Source: Chloroflexota bacterium (GTDB lineage: Bacteria > Chloroflexota > Anaerolineae > Aggregatilineales > Phototrophicaceae). From it: a stretch of DNA of 64,000 bases. Shown here piece after piece: positions 9,936 to 18,197 of the stretch (within the stretch, counting starts at the first letter, position 1; every line of letters begins with the position of its first letter). The DNA lies in assembly GCA_039200705.1 (NCBI GenBank), contig JBCCSC010000010.1, forward strand, positions 50,272-114,271, written 5' to 3'. The notes under the pieces were generated by a model. It was given only the letters and a program-made list of their open reading frames with translations, was not told the origin of the DNA and made no database searches. A program made the translations under genes and the position numbers.

Positions 9936-10622
9936 TTAACGGTTTCGTTGCTTCTCAACGTAGCGATCCCATTCCACTGTAAAATCATCGATGACCACAT
10001 CATCTCCTGTAGCTAATTGTGGGGCAGGAGGTGGCGTGTAATCGTTCAATACAGTCTCGATGAAGAATGTAATTTCATGAGATTCAAGCATTGCTCCCAG
10101 CCGATGGGATGCCCAAGAAAAGGCATATAAGCCTAGAACAGACAAGACTATAAAAATCGGTGACCAGTCCAAAAAGATAATGATAGATGAGATAAATGTT
10201 GGTAAGAAAAATTGCCCCAGTAAATATCGTAATTTGACGCGTGTTCGTGTCTTCAAACGATGTGTATCACCCTCAATATGCTCGAATTCTGCCGATAGTA
10301 TCGCTGTGGCTTCTGTTCTTCGTTTGCGATGCCACCAAACTTTATTGGTTGTCATCATCTGAAAACTACCATCAGACCGTGCCCGAATGAAGTAGCGTCG
10401 CCCGCGTGCAAATAATTTGCGTAAACCCAAACGATTGACACTTGGTTTTGTGGCTGTTTCCAAGAGTTGATAAGTCTGCTGAGGTGTCAAAACCATATGA
10501 ATGTGCGAAGTGGAATGAACATACCACGTATGTTGCACAATCCAATTCAATAGTCGCTGAAATGAAGATGGTGCACTATCAACAAGATGAAGTCGTGTGC
10601 TAAAGTTAGGACTAGCTACCAT
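9936..10622 (-). CDS. Hypothetical membrane protein, translationally coupled to the sortase gene
   Basis: Its ATG overlaps the sortase stop codon (TAATG). There are two central TM segments and no recognisable family. Confidence 0.5.
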   Translation of the reverse strand: MVASPNFSTRLHLVDSAPSSFQRLLNWIVQHTWYVHSTSHIHMVLTPQQTYQLLETATKPSVNRLGLRKLFARGRRYFIRARSDGSFQMMTTNKVWWHRKRRTEATAILSAEFEHIEGDTHRLKTRTRVKLRYLLGQFFLPTFISSIIIFLDWSPIFIVLSVLGLYAFSWASHRLGAMLESHEITFFIETVLNDYTPPPAPQLATGDDVVIDDFTVEWDRYVEKQRNR

Positions 10623-11320
10623 TAAGTTACGCGCTCTGCAACAATAATCAGTCGTTCACGATAAGCATTCGTAACAATATCATACGAATTACAAGTGATT
10701 AATGTCAATCGGTCATCGACTGTTTGCCGTAAAGGCGTGAGGTCAGTAGGAACTGTATAATATGTTTCGGTTACTGTATAAAAATAGTCAACACCTTCGG
10801 ATGTCACAGTGATTGTGTCACCAATTTGTACATTTTCGAGTGTCGCAAAAATTCCTGGCAGACCGCTTGAAAGTTCAACATGACCCGAAATTACAGTATT
10901 ACCAGGCTCATCGACCCATGATGTTCCTTGTAAGTGCCCAGCATTGCTCCGTAGATTGGTAATGTCCCAGTTGCCACCTGATAAATAGGCTTGAATGACA
11001 TCTGACCAAATACTCGCTGTTGGGATGAAAATTTTAGTATCCAGTGGGATTTCATCTGATATAAAAGTACGTGGTGGATTCACTGCCGTTGCTTGAACAG
11101 AAATAGCTTGGTCGAATGCTGTTGGGTTAGCAACAATTGGGACAGGGGCTTGGGTTGGTAAATTATTGACTGTGACAGATGATGCAGTAGATGCCATATT
11201 ATCCACAGCATAATACACTGCACCGAAGATTGCAGCCAAAATGACCAAAATAGGAAATGATAACCGTCCAAAGCGTAACCGCATACCAAATACTGTCCCA
11301 AAAAAACCAATGACATTCAC
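10622..11320 (-). CDS. Sortase-family transpeptidase (membrane anchored)
   Basis: An N-terminal TM is followed by the catalytic His in VISGHVE, the TLITC cysteine motif (LTLITCNSYD), and a downstream Arg (YRERLIIV). Confidence 0.75.
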   Translation of the reverse strand: MNVIGFFGTVFGMRLRFGRLSFPILVILAAIFGAVYYAVDNMASTASSVTVNNLPTQAPVPIVANPTAFDQAISVQATAVNPPRTFISDEIPLDTKIFIPTASIWSDVIQAYLSGGNWDITNLRSNAGHLQGTSWVDEPGNTVISGHVELSSGLPGIFATLENVQIGDTITVTSEGVDYFYTVTETYYTVPTDLTPLRQTVDDRLTLITCNSYDIVTNAYRERLIIVAERVT

Positions 11321-11439
11321 ATTATACTAGGCGATTGTAATACTGTGTTGCCTAATCCTTACAAAACACACAATTTTCGTGCATGATTGACACGGTATAA
11401 TGTTCGCCCAAATCGTAATTTTCTGAGGAACTATTATCT

Positions 11440-12780
11440 ATGTGGGAAACACTGCGTGCAACACTAGATTATAATCGTAGAGATATCGTGATGATTATCA
11501 TCCTTGCCTTGGTGAATGTTGCACTTTTTCTCCCGATGATGGAACGCTGGCAAGTCATGGGAGATTATGTTGTTCATAATCAACTCGCTGGCGATGCAAT
11601 CGAAAATACTGTCTCATTTTTGCGGAATACACCACATTTTCTCTATCACATAGCGGTGGCAAGCACACAACAACTAACATCATCCCCTGATATTAACACC
11701 TCAGCCACATGGGTGATGACTGCCTGCATCGCAACTATGGCAATCACAATTTATTGGTATCTACGCCGACAATCTGCGCTACCAGCTACCTTGAGTGTGA
11801 TTGTATTATCAGGAATTTTGGCACTTTGCTTGAACATTATCATGCCAATCAATTTCTTTACCCCAGAAAATCTATATTTTGGCTACTTTGCGGCGCATGT
11901 GTATCACAATCCGACAATTATCATCATGACTCCTTTTGCGATTGTGATTTTCTACGTTGCTCAACAACTATTCCTGAATGACACACCAGTGTCACGCTGG
12001 ATGATTTTGCCACTCGCTCTGCTGACAGCGTTATCTCTTGTAGCGAAACCAAGTTTTATTATTGCTTATGTCCCGACATTGGGTTTAGTGACTGCATGGT
12101 TGATGCTTCGCCGTTGGTCTGATATATCGACAATTTTTCGCAACCCGAAGACAATCTGGCAAGCATTCACTGTTACAGATGCAGAGCGTACAAATGACTT
12201 ACCCGTGATGTTGCGTCCAAGTTATATTAATTGGTCAGTTTTGATATTTGGCTTGGTGTTACCGACCTTCGCTGTTCTGTATTATCAGACAATCACTTGG
12301 ACAAGTTCAGGGGGCATTGGCATTGACCCCTTACGTGTGCTGTACGAATGGACATTGCACTATGATGATAATGCTGACCAACAACTCATCTATAAATTCA
12401 TCATGTCCACAACATTTCCACTAGCAGTGTATGTCTTGCATTTCAAATTTGCCCGTAAGCACTTTAGCTTGAATGTGGCATGGCTTCTCTTAGGTGTTTC
12501 TGCAATTTATTACTACTTATTTGTTGATTACACCGTCATTGCAGCAGGGGACTTCGGCTGGAGTATTCAAATCGCCGTCCTGATGCTATACATCACATCA
12601 ACTGCTTTCATGTTGCAAGTGTATCGACAAACCTTGACAGGTGAAGCACTATCACGTTGGGGGCGAGTTAAACTAACGATTTGTATCGCACTATTTGTTT
12701 TGCATGTTGTCGCAGGGATTCACTGGTATCGCTTGCACATGAGCCAATACATCGAAGAACTCATCTATATTTGGTGGTGA
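11440..12780 (+). CDS. Polytopic integral membrane protein, function unknown (possibly GT-C-like)
   Basis: 446 aa with more than 10 hydrophobic segments. SD gagga precedes the start. No diagnostic motif recognised. Confidence 0.5.
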   Translation: MWETLRATLDYNRRDIVMIIILALVNVALFLPMMERWQVMGDYVVHNQLAGDAIENTVSFLRNTPHFLYHIAVASTQQLTSSPDINTSATWVMTACIATMAITIYWYLRRQSALPATLSVIVLSGILALCLNIIMPINFFTPENLYFGYFAAHVYHNPTIIIMTPFAIVIFYVAQQLFLNDTPVSRWMILPLALLTALSLVAKPSFIIAYVPTLGLVTAWLMLRRWSDISTIFRNPKTIWQAFTVTDAERTNDLPVMLRPSYINWSVLIFGLVLPTFAVLYYQTITWTSSGGIGIDPLRVLYEWTLHYDDNADQQLIYKFIMSTTFPLAVYVLHFKFARKHFSLNVAWLLLGVSAIYYYLFVDYTVIAAGDFGWSIQIAVLMLYITSTAFMLQVYRQTLTGEALSRWGRVKLTICIALFVLHVVAGIHWYRLHMSQYIEELIYIWW

Positions 12781-12856
12781 AATTGTTGTCAGAGGGCATC
12801 TTTCATCATATACTAATAATAATCGTTCGTGACACCGGGTTAAAGAGAGCCAAAAC

Positions 12857-13345
12857 ATGCCCGACAACAAACAACGTAATCCCTTTGAAGATCATATCAA
12901 TAGTGAATCGTTCGATGTAAGTTACTTAGGGGCAATACAAGAACGTAGTGATTTTGATATGGAAATGGATGCCTTTCTGGAATCACTACCAGAAAATCTT
13001 GACCATAGCCTCTACGACATTGAACTAGATTCTCGTCAGCAAGCAATTTGTAGTTATTTAACGCACACTCTTTCTGAGCAACTACTGCGTGATGAATCTG
13101 GTGAATTCTCAGAGGATGTTCGCGAACATCACTTACAACAGTTATTGACTATGCCTGTTGCTATTGCCATGCTTGCCCAACAACGCTTATGTGAACCAGA
13201 AATTGAAGTGCAACATCCGCTACACGCTAATCCTGATTCATATCGAGACGATTTTTCTGAGTTACCGCCGAATCTAGGCGAAAAAATCATCAATGGGATT
13301 ACCACAATAAGAGATTTTATAATTAACCTTTTTAGACGTAGTTAA
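12857..13345 (+). CDS. Hypothetical acidic protein
   Basis: The ORF has an SD-like agagag and is followed by a strong terminator. No family recognised. Confidence 0.45.
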   Translation: MPDNKQRNPFEDHINSESFDVSYLGAIQERSDFDMEMDAFLESLPENLDHSLYDIELDSRQQAICSYLTHTLSEQLLRDESGEFSEDVREHHLQQLLTMPVAIAMLAQQRLCEPEIEVQHPLHANPDSYRDDFSELPPNLGEKIINGITTIRDFIINLFRRS

Positions 13346-13358
13346 CTTCGTACCAGTC

Positions 13359-13383
13359 AGCGATGTGCAAGCATCGCTTTTTT
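13359..13383 (+). terminator. Intrinsic terminator
   Basis: Stem agcgatgt / gcatcgct around a GCAA tetraloop, followed by six T. Confidence 0.75.
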
Positions 13384-13393
13384 ACCATTAAAC

Positions 13394-13421
13394 AAAAAAC
13401 ACCCATCAATTTGATGCGTGT
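13394..13421 (-). terminator. Intrinsic terminator downstream of tRNA-Cys
   Basis: A 10-bp hairpin (acacccatca / tgatgcgtgt, one mismatch). On the minus strand it is followed by the T-run complementary to aaaaaa at 13394-13399. Confidence 0.55.
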
Positions 13422-13429
13422 TTTAGCTG

Positions 13430-13500
13430 AGGCGACGACCAGATTCGAACTGGTGTACAAGGCTTTGCAGGCCTCTGCCTTGCCACTCGGCCACGTCGCC
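13430..13500 (-). tRNA. tRNA-Cys (anticodon GCA)
   Basis: The reverse complement reads GGCGACGTGGCCGAGTGGCAAGGCAGAGGCCTGCAAAGCCTTGTACACCAGTTCGAATCTGGTCGTCGCCT. The 7-bp acceptor stem is GGCGACG/CGTCGCC, the anticodon loop is CTGCAAA, the T-loop is GTTCGAATC, and the discriminator is U73 as expected for Cys. The 3' CCA is not encoded (TCA follows). Confidence 0.85.
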
Positions 13501-13558
13501 ATAGAAACAAAAGTATAGCCGATAGATAAATAATATTCAAGCCTTACCTAATCTAAAA

Positions 13559-14392
13559 TCAATCAATGTCTTGTCTCCCAAATAAGATAGTACTGGCACT
13601 AATTCCAATACTTATCCACATACTCAGTAACATAAATGACAATCCTAATGACCAATTCTCAAATGTTGCACCACTGATAATCCATTGCATCATATTCTGT
13701 ACATTATAATTCGGCAAAATACGTGGAATGATAGCAATCGCATCTACACTGATTAGACTTGCCACGAGGTCAAAAGCAGATTGTGATAGCAAGTCACCAA
13801 AAGCAATCAAAACACCTAAAGTAATCCCTGCCACTGTTGAACGAGTAATAAGCGTTACGATAACTGCATATAATGTTGCCACGCTGTAATTAAAGAATAG
13901 GGCTATGGTCAGCCAAAGATATTGTTGTACGAACGGTGTGCTGACTTCATTCCACGCGCCACTCATCAATGAAATATTGAGAGCAAGCGAAATCTCCCAA
14001 GACCCAATCAAAGTCATCAGAGCTATACCTCGAATAGCAACTGATATTGCTAATATAATGATGAAATATTTACTCAATACGATCTTTACACGACTGGCAC
14101 GCGGAATAATGTTCTTCCATGTCTGCCAGCGATACTCTCCTCCAAATGTGATTGCTCCTAAGATGATAAATAATGTCTGTGATACCAATTGATTAGCAAA
14201 CAACAAGGCAAGGATAATTTGCTCCTGCCAATTGATAGCTACCATCTCAGGTTGCCAGATATTCACTACAGCAAGCCCTGCCAAAATATTCAGTAAAATG
14301 AATGTCCCAAGAGGCAATATCGCAATCGTGAAAAGTGCGACCCAACGATTCGCCTTCAACTTGAGCCATTCAGCCCACACCAGATTAATCAT
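13559..14392 (-). CDS. ABC-2 type transporter permease
   Basis: Six hydrophobic segments and the N-terminus MINLVWAEWLKLK, typical of ABC-2 permeases. It overlaps the upstream ATPase gene by 8 nt. Confidence 0.7.
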   Translation of the reverse strand: MINLVWAEWLKLKANRWVALFTIAILPLGTFILLNILAGLAVVNIWQPEMVAINWQEQIILALLFANQLVSQTLFIILGAITFGGEYRWQTWKNIIPRASRVKIVLSKYFIIILAISVAIRGIALMTLIGSWEISLALNISLMSGAWNEVSTPFVQQYLWLTIALFFNYSVATLYAVIVTLITRSTVAGITLGVLIAFGDLLSQSAFDLVASLISVDAIAIIPRILPNYNVQNMMQWIISGATFENWSLGLSFMLLSMWISIGISASTILFGRQDID

Positions 14393-15296
14393 GCGTCACC
14401 TCAAAGAATAAATCTTCGAGTGATTGTTGTTTCTGTGTCACTTCAAAAATGCGAATATTCTGCGAGACTAAATATTGAATCAGGTCAGGGATATTATCGT
14501 AAATGACTGTGACCTCTATAGATTGATTAACAATTTCAGTAGGATAATTTTGGGATAGTAAAGCATATGCTGTAGATATATCATCGACAGTCAATCTCGT
14601 GACTGAATTCGTTTGGAGTAAATCGTTTATTGCACCTTGTCTTACGAGGTGTCCATTGCGAATAATCGCAACATGCGTACAAGTTTGCTCAATTTCATGC
14701 AATAAATGACTTGACAAAAAAATAGTTTTTCCTTCATTTTGGGCAAGATGCTGGAGTAGTACACGAACATCTTGGATACCTTGCGGGTCTAAGCCATTCG
14801 TAGGTTCATCTAAAATCAGTAAATCAGGGTCAGTGAGTAACGCAGTGGCAATCCCCAAACGTTGTTTCATACCTGTGGAGTAGGTCTTTGCTTTACGCTT
14901 AGCAAATGAGCGCATCCCAACAATATCAAGTACCTCATCAATACGTTTTCGCTCAGTGACACCACTTGTGTATGCTATTGCTTTTAGATTGTTATAACCA
15001 GTCATAAATGGATAAAGCGTGGCTTCTTCAACTAATCCCCCAACACGCTCTTGCCTCACTTGACCTGCATCTTGCAATGATTGACCAAAGAGCGATGCCT
15101 CACCTGATGATGGATATATCAAGCCAAGTAACATACGAATTGTGGTCGTTTTACCAGCCCCATTCGCACCTAAAAAGCCAAAGATTTGCCCTGTTTCAAC
15201 TGTCAACGATAAGTCGTTAACGGCATGAACGGCTTGCTCACCTGTGCCATAGATTTTGCTTAGTTTATCCAATTGAATTACACTAACCACAATCAC
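14385..15296 (-). CDS. ABC transporter ATP-binding protein
   Basis: Walker A GANGAGKTTT, signature YSTGMKQRLGIA, Walker B LLILDEPTNGLD. Confidence 0.9.
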   Translation of the reverse strand: MIVVSVIQLDKLSKIYGTGEQAVHAVNDLSLTVETGQIFGFLGANGAGKTTTIRMLLGLIYPSSGEASLFGQSLQDAGQVRQERVGGLVEEATLYPFMTGYNNLKAIAYTSGVTERKRIDEVLDIVGMRSFAKRKAKTYSTGMKQRLGIATALLTDPDLLILDEPTNGLDPQGIQDVRVLLQHLAQNEGKTIFLSSHLLHEIEQTCTHVAIIRNGHLVRQGAINDLLQTNSVTRLTVDDISTAYALLSQNYPTEIVNQSIEVTVIYDNIPDLIQYLVSQNIRIFEVTQKQQSLEDLFFEVTHD

Positions 15297-15414
15297 CCTT
15301 TAGTCATCTATTCACCTAATGGATAGCATAGTAGCATCAATACAATCCGACAAGGGATGTGGAACAATCTAAATTCAACTTGCCAAAAGTGGATTAAACC
15401 ATACAATACGCGCT

Positions 15415-16326
15415 ATGACAGAAAAAGACGACCTCACAACCAACGACTCATCAGAAACACTTGATGAAACACATATCAATACTGACGACCTTGATGTTGA
15501 AGGTGCACTAGCCGCTTTATCATCCTTGCAAGATTTGACTCGTGATGACGCTGATGATGAGCAAGACACAGAGACAGACGAAGCTCCGACTGCATCTGAA
15601 ATTGATGAAATCGAAGAAACAGACGACCTAACATCCGATGAGATTGAGCCTTTCGAGCGAATTGAAGAAGATGATTTCGCTGATGAGGGCGAAATATCAG
15701 ATTCAGTTGATATATCAGAGCAATTAGTGGAGGATGCGCCACAACAAGCTGAAACTGAACGCCTTGAAAGTTACGAAACAGCCTTTCCACATCCACCGAT
15801 TAGTGTATTGCATCGTGGACAATTAGCATCAGTTGTACCAGCTTTATTGCTCATTGGCGTTGGGAGTTATTTGACTTTTATCGTAACCACATCCGAAGCA
15901 ACGCTTCAACTACCCTTGATTGCAACAATTGCTGTTAGCGGACTTGGTGCAATGTTACTTGCACAGTGGCTTTCGACCTCGCGTTGGTCAATTGGGAGCT
16001 TTTTTATTGGTGTTTTACTCTTGCTAACAGGTGGTACAGTCGCTTACCTCGTTTTACCTAATCAACTCAGTTTTGCGGATGGTTATCCATTGATTTTGAC
16101 AGCCATCGGTACAGCTTTTGTTATCACAGATGTGTTTATGCCATCAGGAAGAAGAATCTGGTTAATTGGCTTAATTTTGGCGATTGCAGGTTTAGCAGGT
16201 GTATTTGCTACGACGACTATTATGACCCTCGACATTGCAGAAGCACTCTCAGGATTACTGCCCGTTGCAGTCATTGTAATCATCGTTTTGCTTGTTGCAC
16301 CCCTTGTTCGTCAACGTCAACAATAA
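15415..16326 (+). CDS. Membrane protein with a long poly-acidic N-terminal region
   Basis: About 140 aa rich in D/E/T, then 5-6 TM segments. Its stop lies 3 nt before the GT4 start. Confidence 0.5.
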   Translation: MTEKDDLTTNDSSETLDETHINTDDLDVEGALAALSSLQDLTRDDADDEQDTETDEAPTASEIDEIEETDDLTSDEIEPFERIEEDDFADEGEISDSVDISEQLVEDAPQQAETERLESYETAFPHPPISVLHRGQLASVVPALLLIGVGSYLTFIVTTSEATLQLPLIATIAVSGLGAMLLAQWLSTSRWSIGSFFIGVLLLLTGGTVAYLVLPNQLSFADGYPLILTAIGTAFVITDVFMPSGRRIWLIGLILAIAGLAGVFATTTIMTLDIAEALSGLLPVAVIVIIVLLVAPLVRQRQQ

Positions 16327-16329
16327 ATT

Positions 16330-17427
16330 ATGAAGATTGCCATTGATGCCAGCCGTTCTACTGTAGAGCGCACAACAGGCACGGAGTATTATGCGCGACA
16401 ATTGATTCATTCACTGGTTGAATACAATGAAACACTCACAGAATCACACGAACTAATACTCTATTTCCGTGATGAACCATCACCGTCGCTGTTTCCACAA
16501 TCAGAGTTCGTCAAGCAACATATCATTCCTTTTCCAAGATTATGGACACACCTGCGCTTTGCATCTGCCATCTGGGGATTGCGTCCCGATGTGACATTTG
16601 TGCCTGCTCATACTTTACCGTACTACTTTGCAGGGAATGCAGTTGTCACCGTACATGATTTAGGCTACAAATATTTTCCCGACGCTCATGAGCCATCACA
16701 ATTACGCTATTTGGATTGGTCAACGAGTCATAGTGCCAATCGCGCGACGCTCATCTTAGCAGATAGTGAAGCAACAGCCACCGATTTGCAAAAATTCTAT
16801 GATGTGCCTGAAAGTAAGATAGAAGTGGTTTATCCAGGTGTTGATGCACCATTCGATAAAAGAGGTTGGGAAATTTACTCGAAGTATCAGATTCCGCTTT
16901 CATATTTTATATTCATTGGTACATTGCAACCGCGCAAGAATATTGAGCGTATCGTCCAAGCCTTTGCTATGTGGCAACGCGCCAATCCAGAAAAAGATGT
17001 TGGGTTAGTTTTAGCAGGAAAGCAAGGTTGGCTCTATGACGAGGCATGGATTGTAGGGGTTGAAAATGTCCATTGTATCGGCTACATCGACGAAGAAGAT
17101 AAAGGGGCATTAATACGACAAGCCCACGCCCTTGTTTTTCCATCCTTGTATGAAGGCTTTGGCTTCCCTGTGATTGAGTCAATGCACATGGGTACACCTG
17201 TCATTGCTAGTAACACATCGAGTTTGCCAGAACTCGTTGGTGATGCAGGAATTTTAGTTAACCCTGAATCTGTGAAAGAAATTGCAGCATCACTCGACCT
17301 AGTGACCGAAAATGATTTACTACGACGTAAATTGAGTGTCAAAGGCATGATGCAAGTCAAAGAATTTACATGGGAAAGAGCAGCCCAACAAACAATGGCT
17401 GTTCTTGAACGTGCAGGTCAATCATGA
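16330..17427 (+). CDS. Glycosyltransferase family 4 (GT-B, retaining type)
   Basis: The EX7E region is PSLYEGFGFPVIESMHMGTPVIASNTSSLPELVGDAG. Confidence 0.85.
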   Translation: MKIAIDASRSTVERTTGTEYYARQLIHSLVEYNETLTESHELILYFRDEPSPSLFPQSEFVKQHIIPFPRLWTHLRFASAIWGLRPDVTFVPAHTLPYYFAGNAVVTVHDLGYKYFPDAHEPSQLRYLDWSTSHSANRATLILADSEATATDLQKFYDVPESKIEVVYPGVDAPFDKRGWEIYSKYQIPLSYFIFIGTLQPRKNIERIVQAFAMWQRANPEKDVGLVLAGKQGWLYDEAWIVGVENVHCIGYIDEEDKGALIRQAHALVFPSLYEGFGFPVIESMHMGTPVIASNTSSLPELVGDAGILVNPESVKEIAASLDLVTENDLLRRKLSVKGMMQVKEFTWERAAQQTMAVLERAGQS

Positions 17428-17515
17428 TGTTGAAAATTTGTTCGGATTCTTAACAGGCTTTTTGAACCATTCTGCCACTTTCTGCGTATAATAGAGATAG
17501 ATAGGAGGCAAGAAT

Positions 17516-18103
17516 ATGTTAACACATTCAAAACGAACTGTTGAGGGGAATCTAGATAACCCACGTTTACGTATCCAAATCGCACCTGAGCTAAACTATC
17601 TCGGTAACTTGAAGACAACAACACTTAATGATGTCTCGATTGATAACTACTATTTTGTTCATCAAACCGACATAGGGAACATTCGCCGAATTTTATATTT
17701 TCAATTTGAAGCTAGCATCAATGACCACATATTAAATTATCCTACGATGCAAACTATCAAAATCAACGATTATCCTTTTGTCTACGATGGTGGTGTACGT
17801 CCCTACCGTTCTAGCAAAATAGAAGAGCAAGCCGTAGCATCTGATGTGCGTAAAACAGTCGATTTTCTCTCCGAACAAGGAGTCCACTTCCAAGAAGGTG
17901 AATTGTATGGTGCTTTGCGGTTTGCCCATCAATTTGATGATGTGAAGCAAAAAGATGTGCTAATCATCTACCTTGAACACGTTTATGAAGCGGATGTGCC
18001 AGCCGATGTGATTGCAAAAAGCCGTTATTCTGATGAATGGCAACCATATTGTGACCAGTTGATTGCACGCGCTTTACGCACCTTCACCATTTGTGAAGAC
18101 TAA
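17516..18103 (+). CDS. Hypothetical protein
   Basis: A strong SD aggagg lies 6 nt before the ATG. No family recognised. Confidence 0.5.
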   Translation: MLTHSKRTVEGNLDNPRLRIQIAPELNYLGNLKTTTLNDVSIDNYYFVHQTDIGNIRRILYFQFEASINDHILNYPTMQTIKINDYPFVYDGGVRPYRSSKIEEQAVASDVRKTVDFLSEQGVHFQEGELYGALRFAHQFDDVKQKDVLIIYLEHVYEADVPADVIAKSRYSDEWQPYCDQLIARALRTFTICED

Positions 18104-18197
18104 CGTACTAGACTATAAGTCGGCATATCGTTTTTTTGGACAATGAGTACAATGTGACCAATTATGTTGATGAAACCGTTGGGGACTGCTGTTAGCT

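Noticed and set aside
10005-10016. The LATG string in the protein downstream of the sortase, as a possible sorting signal.
   Set aside because: It lacks the fifth position of LAXTG/LPXTG. It is not followed by a hydrophobic segment and a basic tail.
13346-13558. tRNA-Cys as a possible genomic-island integration site.
   Set aside because: No integrase, no direct repeat of the tRNA 3' end, and no compositional break are visible on either side.
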